DNA of 64,000 bases from Diplonema japonicum (lineage: Eukaryota; Protista; Euglenozoa: Diplonemea), in assembly GCA_964019335.1 (NCBI GenBank), contig OZ025740.1:248001-312000 (forward strand), in the 5' to 3' direction. The translations under genes were made by a program, and so were the position numbers. The notes beneath the pieces are model-generated. The model was not told the origin of the DNA, did not search any database, and was given only the letters and a program-made list of their open reading frames with translations. Shown here one piece after another: positions 1-11,370 of the stretch. Position 1 is the stretch's first letter; each line of letters starts with the position of its first letter.

Positions 1-471
1 AAGGGTACTACTGGGCAGCGATAACTATTTCTTCTGTCAGAGAGTCACAGAGACAATTATGTGGTGCACAACAGCTCCATCAGAAAAAAAAAGGGGGGAT
101 GTGTAAAGATTTAACCCATAAGAAAAGAAAAATGAATATTTTCTGATGCTCTGTTTTTTTTGTTTTCTTGTTTTTTTTTTTTTTTTTGTTCCCACTATAT
201 TTGTCCCTATGGCAACTTCGGTACGGTACGGCCACAGGGGGAAGAAAAAAAAGGGGGGGGTGGAAGGGGGGTGGAAATATTTTCGAATCGAATTCACAGC
301 GCAGCTGTACCGCGAGCATCGTGAGATGCCACGGGGGGCTCTGCTTCATTTTTTTTTTTCTTCTTCTTTTCTTTCTCATTCTTTCATTTTCCGTGTTTTG
401 TTAAATCGCCAGCGATGTACTGGGACATCTTGAAGAAGGTTCATAAAAAAAAGAAGAAAAAAAACTATTCT

Positions 472-3400
472 TTAAAGGTATGCGGTTTTGCGCTCCACCG
501 GCCGAGCTGCGCTTAGTCCCCGTTGTCCCCGTTCTGGGGGCTCTGCCGGGTTCCTACTGCGGTGGTCAAACTGCGGGGCAGTCTTGTCGGGGTCTGCGAT
601 AGGTACCTGTCCCGCAAGCCTTCGACTACTCACAGAAAAAAAGAAGAAATATTACAGGTTCACTGTTGTGTACCCTTGACGTTCAAACAACAACAGCGAA
701 ACTGAGCTCCTGGCAGTTCCCTCAGACGTCAGCGTAACGAGGCCGTAGTCGATCGCGTCACCGGAAACAACCGCGGCGTCGAACTGAGAGAAGATATTTT
801 CCTGTACCTTCCGCCTGGCGCCTGTGAAAAAAACGTAAGCCTCCGTCAGAATATCTAAAAAGAACTTCAGAGCCACGCAACTAAGCACGATGAGAAACAC
901 CACACTGGCCGCTCTAAACGGCCAGAAAAGCAAGTCTTCAGAGTAATAACCTGCTGCAGTGAGTACCGCTCCAACACTAGACAGACCCAGGCAGAAACCA
1001 TCAGCGCTGGTGTCCCTCTGCCTAGCATGCGGCCTGAGGTAAAGCTCCAACAAGAACAGAACAAAAAAGACCAATGCAGAGAATAACCGCACGTGCCCAC
1101 ATCCCACCCACGACGAAACCTCCACCGCAGTGAGCCCCGCAAGGGTAAAGCTGCCCAGACATTCTATCACAGAAAACCATGCCAGATCCTGCCTGTACGT
1201 CCTCACCACCGAGGCGTATCGATTGGCCCAATGGGTGTCTCTATGCAACGATGCCCACTCCCCAGCTCCTATGAACGGGACCCACAATGGTCTCCTGTTC
1301 GTATCTACGGCATAGACAGCCTTTGTCGGTACATTAGCCCTTACGTCTATAAAGACCTTTAGAGGTACCGCTAAGCATAGGAGAAGGGCAGAGGTTCCCA
1401 AGGCGAGTTCCCACATGGACGGGGGATGCATCAGCAACCTCATTCCTCCTAATGCCGTGCCCTGGTAGAACATGTTGAAGATTAGAAGCGGTGCTGACGG
1501 GAACCGCATCGCACCCTGCGCATCGAGGCCTTCAAAGACCTTTGGTAGAAGGCGTGCGCCTCCATATGCGGCTGTCTGCACTAAGAGGAAGCAGGAAACG
1601 CCGAAGCTTACGGTGAGCACGAGGTTCCCCACCACCATCCCTGTGTACTCACTCCCGCCCACACGCAGCCTTGTCGGGTGTAGCATCCAGGGGAGGTCGT
1701 CCTCTTCTCCGTAGATTGTGCACTTCGCGCTCGCCAGCATCAGCATTGTCACCCCCCCAGCCCCTCCTCCCGCTGCCAGCCCGATAACAGCCACCGACCC
1801 CATCCTGTCAAGAACCTCCCTGTTCTGCAGCACTTCGGGAGCCGACGTACGCGGGACCTGAGTGCTTGACATCCGCAAAGGCACCTCCGTGGTCATGGGA
1901 ACAGGGCCAGGCGTGCTTGGCACAGAGGTCGTCCCAGCCGTTGTGGCGTCGTCGGGGTTTGCGAAATGGGCGGGGCAGGTGCAAGCGTGCCTGGAGCAGG
2001 TGTAGCAACAGACACAGCTGTGCCTGGCGGGGAGCTTACCAACACAGTTGGTGCACTGGTGGGAACATCTGTGTCCGGCACTAATGTATCGGGGGCGGAT
2101 GTGCTTGGTGCCAATGTAGCAGGAGCTTGTGTGTCCGGGGCAGTTGTGGTAGGCGAAGCTGTGCTGGGAGCAGGAGTGGCAGGTGGGAAGGTTGCACCTG
2201 CCGGTAACGAGGTGGGAGCATCTGTGTCCGGTACTAATGTATCGGGGGCGGATGTGCTTGGTGCCAATGTAGCAGGAGCTTGTGTGTCCGGGGCAGTCGT
2301 GGTAGGCGAAGCTGTGCTGGGAGCGGGAGTGGCAGGTGGGAATGTCGCCCCAACTGGTAACGCGGTGTCCGGAGCTAATGTGTCAGGAGCGGATGTGCTT
2401 GGTGCCAACGTAGCAGGAGATAGTGTTTGTGGTGACGGTGTGTCAGGTACGAGAGTAGCAGGAGCTTGTGTGTCCGGGGCAGTCGTGGTAGGCGAAGCTG
2501 TGCTGGGAGCGGGAGTGGCAGGTGGGAATGTCGCCCCAACCGGTAACGAGGTGGGAACATCTGTGTCCGGAGCTAATGTGTCGGGGGCTAATGTGTCCGG
2601 AGCGAATGTGTCGGGGGCTAATGTGTCAGGGGCTAATGTGTCGGGGGCTAATGTGTCCGGAGCTAATGTGTCGGGGGCTAATGTGTCAGGGGCTAATGTG
2701 TCAGGGGCTAATGTGTCGGGGGCTAATGTGTCAGGGGCTAATGTGTCAGGGGCTAATGTGTCGGGGGCTAATGTGCTTGGTGCAAACGTAGCAGGAGAAT
2801 GCGTGTCAGGAGCAGTTGTGGTCGGGGCGGGCGTCGCCCCCACTGGCAACGAGGTGGGAGCATCTGTGTTTGGTGCCAACGTAGCAGGAGACGATGTGCT
2901 TGGCGCCGGAGTGCTAGGTACCAACGTATCTGGTGAAACCGTGTTGGGTGCCGTCGTGCTGGGAACAAGCGTAGGCACAGCGGTGTCCGGCGCCGACGTG
3001 ACCGCGGAGTCGTAGATGAGAAACCCCGCCTGTCCTGCAGCATAATAAACCCGCGTACCAACGGCAAGTATACCATACTGCCCCTGCCCGCCTGTGGTGA
3101 CGGTCTCGACGACAATGGGGAACGACCCCTTGTTGCCCACCACGAGGAGGCTGCCCGAGATGGTGCTGATGAAGACGGTTCCGAGACCGAGAGATGTCAC
3201 GCCTGTGAACCCACTCTGCGAGCCGAGCCTGCTCTGCCTGAAGGCAACCATCATGGCAGGGTCCTGTACCTGGATCTCATAGATCTCGTCATCAGACACA
3301 ACAAACAAGTTATCCGAGTCCGGCAAAGCTATCTCCTTCGGGTCGGTACTGGATAAGATGTACTTCCCGAGGATGCCCGGGGCCGTTGGCGTGGAGAGGG

Positions 3401-3965
3401 AATATGCGTGAACCTCTTTATACACCCCGGCCTCCGCAACGTAAAGAATCCCTTTCGCCGAATCGATCTCAATGTCGCGGCAGGTGTCGCCTGAAGGAAC
3501 AGCAATCAAACCCACCTCGGTAGGGGCCGATGCTACAGATATGTCAAAGATCCTCACCCCCGTGTTTAAACAGCATGAGTACGCATGGGTAGCTGTGCAC
3601 TGCAGCGCGTGGCAGCCACCCCCGGAGCTAGCGGGTGACGACCCTATGACTAATGGTAGGGTGGGGTTGCTTACATCTATACAGTGGAGCACTCCGTCTT
3701 GTCCTATTGAATAGACGTAACCGTTGCTTGTTCCTACTGCCTGAGTCGATACTGCCACGGAACCCAACTCAGCCAACGGTGTAAGAGAGGTGTCCAGCAC
3801 CCGCACACCTTTGTCACCGTCCGCCACGTACGCCAGGGTGCCTTTGATCGCGAACTCTTGTAGGGTTCCCGGTGTGTCGAGTTCGCCGATTTTCACCAAT
3901 GCCCCAGAGCATGAAAAAGGTATCCACATGCATACTGTGAGGGCAGCTGCGGTAGTTCGGGACAT
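472..3965 (-). CDS. Large surface protein: signal peptide, LVIVD-like beta-propeller, Pro/Thr-rich (PDTLA)n stalk, C-terminal multi-pass TM domain. One frameshift near 1950-1990 and a probable 48-nt intron (673-626)
   Basis: ORFs 1893..4052 and 652..1923 overlap in different frames and give one coherent architecture. ATG at 3965 (MSRTTAAAL). LVIVD-like motifs AYVADGDKGVRVLD and YYAAGQAGFLIYD. A GT-AG intron at 673-626 joins a clean last exon ending in TAA at 474-472. Confidence 0.75.
2060..2900 (-). repeat. Coding tandem repeats: 15-bp PDTLA units (about 2565-2780) plus longer duplicated Pro/Thr blocks
   Basis: The unit ggggctaatgtgtc(a/c/g) and the block gtgtccggggcagtcgtggtaggcgaagctgtgctggg are directly repeated. 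Confidence 0.95.
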
Positions 3966-4444
3966 ACACCCTTGTTTTGTTTTGTTTTTTGTTGTTTTTG
4001 TTTTCCAAAAAAAAAAAAATAAATAAAAAAAAAAAAATAAGGTACGATACAAGTAGAGAGGTTGAGAGGACGACAGAAAGAATCTTTCTTTTTCTTTCGT
4101 TCATTTTTCTTTTAAAGAGGGAGGGAGGGAGGGAGGGAGGGAGGGGGGGATAATGGAATTTTTTTTGGTCTTCCGGTAAAGAAATGAAAAGACGATCATA
4201 ACAAGAGTTTCTGTTACGTATTTCTCTTTTTTTTTTTCTTTTTTTTAAACCGAGATCGGGCAGGAAAACGTTTGAGAGGAATAGAAAGGGAAAAGCGTGC
4301 GCACCGTTGCACATCAAGCTAATTCAATAAAAAAGGGGGGGAGAGAAGGGCTTTGGTGGGTCAGAAGACTACAACAAGAGAAAAGTAAAACATGTTAGCA
4401 TGCGGTGAAACTCCAGAGTACTGCTCCCATCCAAAAGAGGAAAA

Positions 4445-4562
4445 AAGAGTCGGTTGATTGTTGTTTGTGCACAGCCGGGGGGTTAACCTGTAGAAGGATA
4501 AGCCCAACAATGCCACCACTACTCTTTTTAGCAAATAACAATTCATTTTCAATATATTGTTT
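4445..4562. repeat. Dispersed intergenic repeat of about 120 bp, copy 1
   Basis: tttgtgcacagccggggggttaac...aagcccaacaatgccaccactactctttttagcaa...ttcattttcaatata is near-identical to 37390-37490. Confidence 0.9.
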
Positions 4563-4796
4563 TTCTTGTTTAAGCAAAAAAAAGGGGGGGGGAATAAGAA
4601 ATGGTTATCCGTACCAAAATCTGTAAGAGTAGAGAGGAAGGAAAAAATATGAGCATCATGGTAGCTCACAGCTAATGGGGGGGGGGGGGGGGGGAGGCTT
4701 TCTTCTTTCATTTATTAATTTAAAAAAAAAGATTTTTTTTTCCTGAACAGAAGGGAGAAAAAAAAAGGAAAAAAAACAATAGCACTCGACGTTTCC

Positions 4797-4831
<35 letters not shown>

Positions 4832-4887
4832 TTTTTTTTTTTTTAAACTTCAAAAGATTTTTAATTCTTTATTTTCTCGGCTGCACG

Positions 4888-6727
4888 CTACTGGAACTTC
4901 TTCGCCCTCCTCGACAACACAAACGCGGCGATGAGCCTTATGCACACGAACGCCGTCACCATGATCAACACGTACACCCACCAGTGGTCCCTGTTGATGT
5001 TGCTGTCCTTCACAAGCTTCGCCACAACCTCCTTCGCCTCAGAGTTGTTGCTCGGGAGATGTCTGTCGGAGAACTCAACTATAGTGTTCATCGCCACCCC
5101 GTACTTCAAAAAGCATACCCACTGAATCCAACGCATGAAAACAGGGATCGCATCGCTTGTAATGAAGAACCCCGCGAACAGGATCTGAGGGACATATATA
5201 GCAGGTACCAGATTGACAGCCGTCTCAGCACGGGTAGTTGAAGCTCCCAAGAGAAGCGCTGTAGAACCAGAAACGGTGGCCAACAACGTCAGCGATAAAG
5301 TGTGGTACATAAACTCGCCCTGCAAATCCATTAGAAAATACGCCACTGCCAGGCTCACCAGCTGTTGAAAGAACGCTACAGGAACATCTATCATTGTTTT
5401 CGCTAAAAAGTATGCAGTTGCACCGTACGTTCCCGTGATGTATTCCCTGATAAAAACAGGCCGTTCCAAGGGAAAGATTAACAGAAGCGGCTCTGCTGAG
5501 AGGAACATCGTGTTGATGGTGAAGAACACCAAGCCTCCCCAGTGGTTGTTCACCTCCTTCTCCACGTTTTGGTCAACGTCGTTCCCCCATTCGTCTCCCG
5601 CTCCGAAAAAAATCAAACCGACAATAAGCGACAGGATGCACGACATCCCGAAACGGCTCATTAATGTCATCTTGTCCCTCACCAGCTGGTAGAACTCTCT
5701 TCGAAGTAAAAATTTGAACTGTGTGGAGAACGGTGCGGCTTTCGCCGCCCACATTCCTGGTGACGAAAAAACACCGTCGATTTCGCTTTCTTCCTTCCTG
5801 TTGATGGTTTGCTCTCTTTGCATCAACAATGCGAGCTCATTTTCACGGACTGTCTGCAAAAGCTGCATCGTAAAATCTGCAGGGTTATAGTTCGGCTTGC
5901 ACTGATGCCCATGCGCTGCGAAATGCTCCACAACATTCGCCACGGGGCCATTGAACACCATCTGCCCATGATGGAGAAACATCACACGGTGGAACAGGTC
6001 GAAGACTTCGCTGGAGGGCTGGTGTATTGTGCAAACGATGGTACACCCCGCCTCCGAGAGGTTCCTGAGAATCTTAACGAGTTCGTACGCATTATGCGAA
6101 TCAAGCCCGCTGGTGGGCTCATCCAAAAATATCAATGATGGGGAAGAGATCAGCTCAACAGCAACGGCTGTTCGTTTCAGTTCCCCACCAGACAACCCTG
6201 GCGACATAACAGATCCGATGAGCGTGTCGGCGCACCGGTCCAACCCCAACGCTGAGATTGCAGCGGTTACAAGTGTTTTCCTTTCATCGTCAGTTGAGTT
6301 GGGGAGCTTTAAAGCTGCTGTGAAGTTCAAGCATTCCCTTGCTGTTTGTGTCGCGAATAGTGCGTCTCTTTGCATTACGTACGCTAGCTTTGTCTTGTAC
6401 TTTTCTGCGTTAACAGGTGCGCCGTTGACTGTGATTGATCCTGTTGCGTTGCCGTAGGGTGCACGGCCTGAGAGAACGTTCATGAGGGAGCTCTTCCCTG
6501 CGCCGGACGGGCCCATGATCGCCGTGAGCTCGCCCGGTCTTAGCGTGCCGTTCAGGTTGTCCAGGATCTGTTTCCGCTCCCCCTTGCCCAGGTCCACAAC
6601 GAAGCTCAGCCCTTCCCATTTCAGCGTCAGCGGTTCTATGAGCGCACTGTCGTGGAAAAACGATTTTTTCGTTGTTGTTGTTATTGCGGGTGCTTCATCG
6701 TCAAAGGGGGCTGTGTTCGGTGTTGCC

Positions 6728-6729
<2 letters not shown>
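4888..6729 (-). CDS. ABCG (White-like) half transporter
   Basis: Walker A GPSGAGKSS, signature LSGGE, Walker B IFLDEPTSGLD, TIHQP H-loop; NBD followed by an ABC2 membrane domain. Confidence 0.97.
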
Positions 6730-6762
<33 letters not shown>

Positions 6763-6861
6763 CTATTTATTTTTTTTTTTTTCCCAGGGAAAAAAAGGAA
6801 AGGGGGGAACAAAAAACAAAACAAAAAAAAATCCACTAATGATAGGGGAAACGGAACCAGC

Positions 6862-6896
<35 letters not shown>

Positions 6897-7097
6897 GAGG
6901 TTCCGGTCGAAAAAAAAAGAAAACAACCGCCGCCAAAGAAAGAAAGAAACAATTCGCCAAGTCAAGGAGGCAACCTCGATGACTACAGCAGCAAAGCCAC
7001 GCCCCAACGCCGTAAAAGCCTGACCCACGAAAGGATAGAAAAACACCACGTACCCCCATTACAACCTCAACCAAGCACGTGAACCGATTTGTTCACA

Positions 7098-7128
<31 letters not shown>

Positions 7129-7648
7129 CGAGTAAAGAAAGTCACACTACTCGTCAAAAGAGATGGACAAGAAGGGGTCTCCTGTAGTGAGCCCAAGGTG
7201 CACACCCTCGGCTTGGCTTCAACGGGGAACCTTGCACATAGCCACCACCGAAGTGATGCAATCCGCATGGCTAGTTCAGCTATCGCCACAAACAGAAAAA
7301 ACAAGGGGAGGGGGGATTGATACAAATAGTCATAAAGGGGGAGGGAGAGTCGTGTCCCCCAAAAGATCTTCTCAAATTCTAAGGGGAGATATAAGGGCAC
7401 CCCCTGAGAAAGAAAAAAGAGAATAGAAAAAAAAAAAAAAAAGTAATGCCGGAAGGGAGAAAATATGAACTAAATGTTATCACACCGAAAAAAAGAGGGG
7501 GGAAAAAAAAAATACAAAAATAAGGGGAAACCCAAAGCAAGGAAAAAAAAAAAAAAAAAAAAAAAAAAAGGAATTTAAAAAAGTGAGGGCAAGGAGTATG
7601 TGACTGCTTCGTCATATTATCCTCCCCCTCCCCCCCCCCCCATTCTAT

Positions 7649-10621
7649 TCATTCCCCCACGTTGTTCACACTGATTTTCATTTTTTCTGGAACAGGGCAC
7701 TCCCCTTCAAATAAAGGTATGCCGGATGTGAAGTTAGAGTTCATCAGCCGGTCGGCTGTGAAGGCGGAGTGAGGCCACCTCTTCACACCAAGATCGTAGC
7801 CTTCCTTCCAAGAGTTGAAGGTTGAGTGCACCAAAAAACATTCTGAGGTTTTAACCTGAAACGACCAACCCCCGCATCTGGCACCTTCGGCAGTGTACGC
7901 CCAGCACGCTCGACAGCAAGACTCGGTGGTGGTTGCAGGAGAGGGTATCCAAGAAGTCCCCAAGTCGGACACAGGTTGGTAAACCCAATTCGTTTCGACG
8001 AAGCAGGTTCGGTTTCTGTTGGCGTCTGTGAAGTCAATGAAGGTTACGTTTGGCGACACGGGAAGCCCGAGAGATTTATATCTTTGGTGCAGAGCTCTGG
8101 TGAAGCGGAGCACCCCGGAGCTTATAGTCGTGTTCTGTTCAATGACAGCCATGTTCGATGGTTTGAAGCCTCTTCGCGTGTAGCTCCGCATCTTCTCCAA
8201 CCACTTCGACATGGATTTTGCGCCGTAGTGGTTGTACCCGAAGCCGGCCGAGCAGCAGTCTATGGAGGGTTCCGGGGGAAACCTGCCCCCAAGGCCGTTT
8301 TCACCCCACTCCCTGCACATATCAGACGCTTTTTCAAAATCGGTGTCACGACAGGTTTGGCTTTTGTAGATAGACGTGAAACCCTTCTGCCTTGGAACGA
8401 AGAACTTGTTTTTATGTGTGGTCTTCCAGTAGGAGGTGTTAACTGGTTCGTGAACCCACCCAACGTGCTCCAACCCGATGCACTTTGTGTTGTACAAAAC
8501 CTTGGTATGCTTGCACTCCAGGCAGTGAACCCATGTTTTTAAACATTTGAAACCGTTTGCTGTGTGGGCGGTGCAGTCCCCGCCGGATGTCAGGAAGTTT
8601 TCTGTCATGAGCCCGGCGGGCATGTTGTAATGACCTGATGTTCCGAACCGCTCCCAACGGAGGAGATGATAGGCTTGGTTCTGATCGCAGTGGGTTTGCA
8701 AATGTTGCCCCAGGTCGCATCCCATGGTGGGGAACATGAACTCGTCGGTGTCGATGAAGACGAACCAGTCGACGAAGGGCGACGCGTACTCGTGGCAGAC
8801 CTTCGGGGTGATACAGTCGCTTTCGATCCACATCCCTTTGCACCCGGGGTGGAACTTCGGGTGCCGCAGCGGGATAATGGTGAGAAGCCCAAGCGCCTCG
8901 TATTCAAGAAGGATCTCCCCCGTTGTAGGATCCTGCTCCGGTTTGTTGTCGTTGAGCATCCATATGTGGTCCACACCGCCGATCAGCAAAAGCTCGATCC
9001 ATTCTCGAAGCCACTCGGACGACACTGCCGTCGAACCGCACGCGCCTAACCTCCAATGATGCTTCCACGGTCGTAAAAGAGAATGTTTGGTACTGCCTGC
9101 TGGTTGTTCGTCATCCGGCAAAACCGGTGGGAGGGGTTCTGGTGTACTCGGCTTCTCCACCTCCAAAGTTGAATCAAACACAGGAAGCTCATCAGGGATC
9201 GTGCATTCTACCGATCCCAATTTTACACCCGACGCGTGTTCGGTGTCGGGCGTGCGGAGAATGGATAGATTGTTCGGCCCGACGAATATTTTACAGGTTT
9301 TGTCCGTGAGATGTAGTGACCAGGATGAGCAGTCTGCTGTTCGATGGCATTCCTTGCAGCATTCTTTCTGAGTTGCGATGTCGTCGAGTTCGACATATGA
9401 TGCCCCAGGAGCCTCGGAGTATTTGTACCCGCTTTCCACGAAACAGGTTTTGTCGTGATCGAGATCTTCGAAGGTTACGTGGTCGGCAACGGGGTAACCT
9501 TGCAGGACAAACCTCCTGCGCAGAGAGCGGACAAACCTCAACAACCCTGCAAACAGAACCGAATTGAGGTCCAGCACGCTTGCGTCCACATCGGGGCGCG
9601 TCACCAAATACCTTTCGAGGTCCGATCCCGCGCCTGTAAGCTTTGCAATCCGCAAGCCTTCATGACAATTGTCGGTGCTTTGAACAGTTTCCTCGCAGTC
9701 CTTCGAGAGGAACACCGTTGATGCTCCTTGTTCCACGGAAACATCGCTTTCAGCCGGAACAGCTTTCTTCCACGCTGATGTGTTAACAGGTGTGTATAGG
9801 TCACCAACATGTTGTGGCCCCAAGCAACGTGACGTGTATATTACCTTTGATTTCCTGCACTCGTCGCAGCTTTTCACCGGGTCGGGTTCACACGGGGTGT
9901 CCGAATGTTCGGCTTTCTGCGTGGTGCAGTTGCCACCCGACATTAAAAAAATCTCAGACGAGAGCCCTTTCGGGTTGGTTTGCAGTCCTGACGTGCCGAT
10001 CCGTTCCCATGGGATCCAGTTAAACCCGCTGCTGGGTGCTTTGCAGTGTTTCTCCAATGCTGCTTGAACAGAGCACGTAGTAGTCGGGTAAAGGAACTCG
10101 TCAGTGGACAGGTGGATCCACCAATCGGTGTACTTTGCTGTGTGTTCATGGCAGATTTTCGGGATGCTGCATTCTGATTCGTCCCAAACTCCTTTACACG
10201 CTGGATGAGGGGTTTGCACGGCTGGGAGGAGTGTTACGTATCCCCTTGATTGGTAATCGAACAGAGTTGAGGACAGAGCCTCGTTTAGTGACTCTGGTTG
10301 GATGACCCAAACATGGCCGATGCCAACAAGCATTGCGAGTTCTAACCATTCCCTAACACGCTGGGGCTCGCCGTCTCCCACTCCGCAGGCTCCGACGGTC
10401 CAGTGTTTGTTGCTGGTTTTAAGAAGTTCCAGCCTTGTTGAGGTGCGTGCCTCGTCTTCATCGACCCCTATGTTGGATGCGATATTTCGCGTTGTTTCGG
10501 GTTTTTGAGGATCGTCTGCAGGATCCGCTATTTTCACAACGGTGCCGTCGGTGCTCTTAACGTACAGAGAGTATGATATCAAAGCGAGGCTCAGGTACAA
10601 AGCTATCTTGTCGAATTTCAT
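7649..10621 (-). CDS. Type II membrane protein with two GT92/GT-A-like glycosyltransferase modules, each followed by a PAN/apple-like domain
   Basis: N-terminal TM anchor. Internal duplication: REWLEL/REWIEL, HLSTDEF/FIDTDEF, WERIGTSG/WERFGTSG. PAN-like motifs ECCKECHRTADC and SCCRAC. ATG at 10621. Confidence 0.7.
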   Translation of the reverse strand: MKFDKIALYLSLALISYSLYVKSTDGTVVKIADPADDPQKPETTRNIASNIGVDEDEARTSTRLELLKTSNKHWTVGACGVGDGEPQRVREWLELAMLVGIGHVWVIQPESLNEALSSTLFDYQSRGYVTLLPAVQTPHPACKGVWDESECSIPKICHEHTAKYTDWWIHLSTDEFLYPTTTCSVQAALEKHCKAPSSGFNWIPWERIGTSGLQTNPKGLSSEIFLMSGGNCTTQKAEHSDTPCEPDPVKSCDECRKSKVIYTSRCLGPQHVGDLYTPVNTSAWKKAVPAESDVSVEQGASTVFLSKDCEETVQSTDNCHEGLRIAKLTGAGSDLERYLVTRPDVDASVLDLNSVLFAGLLRFVRSLRRRFVLQGYPVADHVTFEDLDHDKTCFVESGYKYSEAPGASYVELDDIATQKECCKECHRTADCSSWSLHLTDKTCKIFVGPNNLSILRTPDTEHASGVKLGSVECTIPDELPVFDSTLEVEKPSTPEPLPPVLPDDEQPAGSTKHSLLRPWKHHWRLGACGSTAVSSEWLREWIELLLIGGVDHIWMLNDNKPEQDPTTGEILLEYEALGLLTIIPLRHPKFHPGCKGMWIESDCITPKVCHEYASPFVDWFVFIDTDEFMFPTMGCDLGQHLQTHCDQNQAYHLLRWERFGTSGHYNMPAGLMTENFLTSGGDCTAHTANGFKCLKTWVHCLECKHTKVLYNTKCIGLEHVGWVHEPVNTSYWKTTHKNKFFVPRQKGFTSIYKSQTCRDTDFEKASDMCREWGENGLGGRFPPEPSIDCCSAGFGYNHYGAKSMSKWLEKMRSYTRRGFKPSNMAVIEQNTTISSGVLRFTRALHQRYKSLGLPVSPNVTFIDFTDANRNRTCFVETNWVYQPVSDLGTSWIPSPATTTESCCRACWAYTAEGARCGGWSFQVKTSECFLVHSTFNSWKEGYDLGVKRWPHSAFTADRLMNSNFTSGIPLFEGECPVPEKMKISVNNVGE

Positions 10622-10966
10622 TTTTTTTCTTCTTCTTCCCCTCACCTCTGCCCTCCCCCCCCCCCCCCCCCCCTTTCCTCCCCTCTCCCTCCTGTTGGTT
10701 TCTTTTTTTTTTTTTTTTGTCCATAGTGGTTTCTTTCCAGGGAAACCCCTGAGGGAAAAATCAAAAAAAAAAAAAAAAAAGAATGTCCCAAAGGTTCGTC
10801 ACTTAACGGATCTGGAGCGTTAGCTTTAGCTTCTTACTCAGAAGATTTTCCAGGGGAAGCACTTGAGACGGCTGCCCAACATCACTGCGCTCCCCAAAAA
10901 AAAAAAACCCGAAGTCAAGTGGCTTTGTAGAAATATAAAATATAAATAAAATAAAATATTTATTTT

Positions 10967-11349
10967 GGTACAGGGCAAAGCCCTCCCAACTAGACTACTA
11001 CGCCTCGCCAAATATTTTCGGACTGGTCAGGAAAGATGCTGGCTTCTGGGATCGAACCCTGTTGACCATGTTTTTCAAAGGGAAAAGTGCCCAGTTGCAA
11101 AAGTTTGGCAAAAATGGCAAAACCCAAAATGGCGACTTCCAAGGTCATTTTGGTTGGCCCCCAATATTTTTTTTTTTGGAAAATCTTTTTTGGAACTTCC
11201 TTGGAACTCACCGTTCTTTCATGTTCGACATATGAAGTTTTTGGAAAAAAAAATTCAATGAACCTTTGGGCATTTTTGACATTTTTTCCCCTATAGCCCC
11301 CTATAACCCCTTTGGGACATAGGGCGGGTCACTTAGCGAATATGGAGCG
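10967..11349. mobile_element. Right-end fragment of the TAA-target TIR element at 43781-45699
   Basis: Near-identical to 45310-45699; ends gggtcacttagcgaatatggagcg|TAA. A divergent copy of the same terminus (gtcacttaacggatctggagcg|TTA) lies at about 10798-10822. Confidence 0.85.
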
Positions 11350-11370
11350 TAATAAAATAAAGAAGAAGAA

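Noticed and set aside
1991-2039. GTAAGC...CAG intron that might repair the frameshift in the surface-protein gene
   Set aside because: The available acceptors give 16, 22 or 49 nt introns, all leading into the wrong frame. A 1-bp indel or assembly error is more likely.
1966-3015. Long plus-strand ORFs (here, and 31084-32562, 16974-17879, 27821-28759)
   Set aside because: Antisense shadows of repetitive or GC-rich minus-strand coding sequence.
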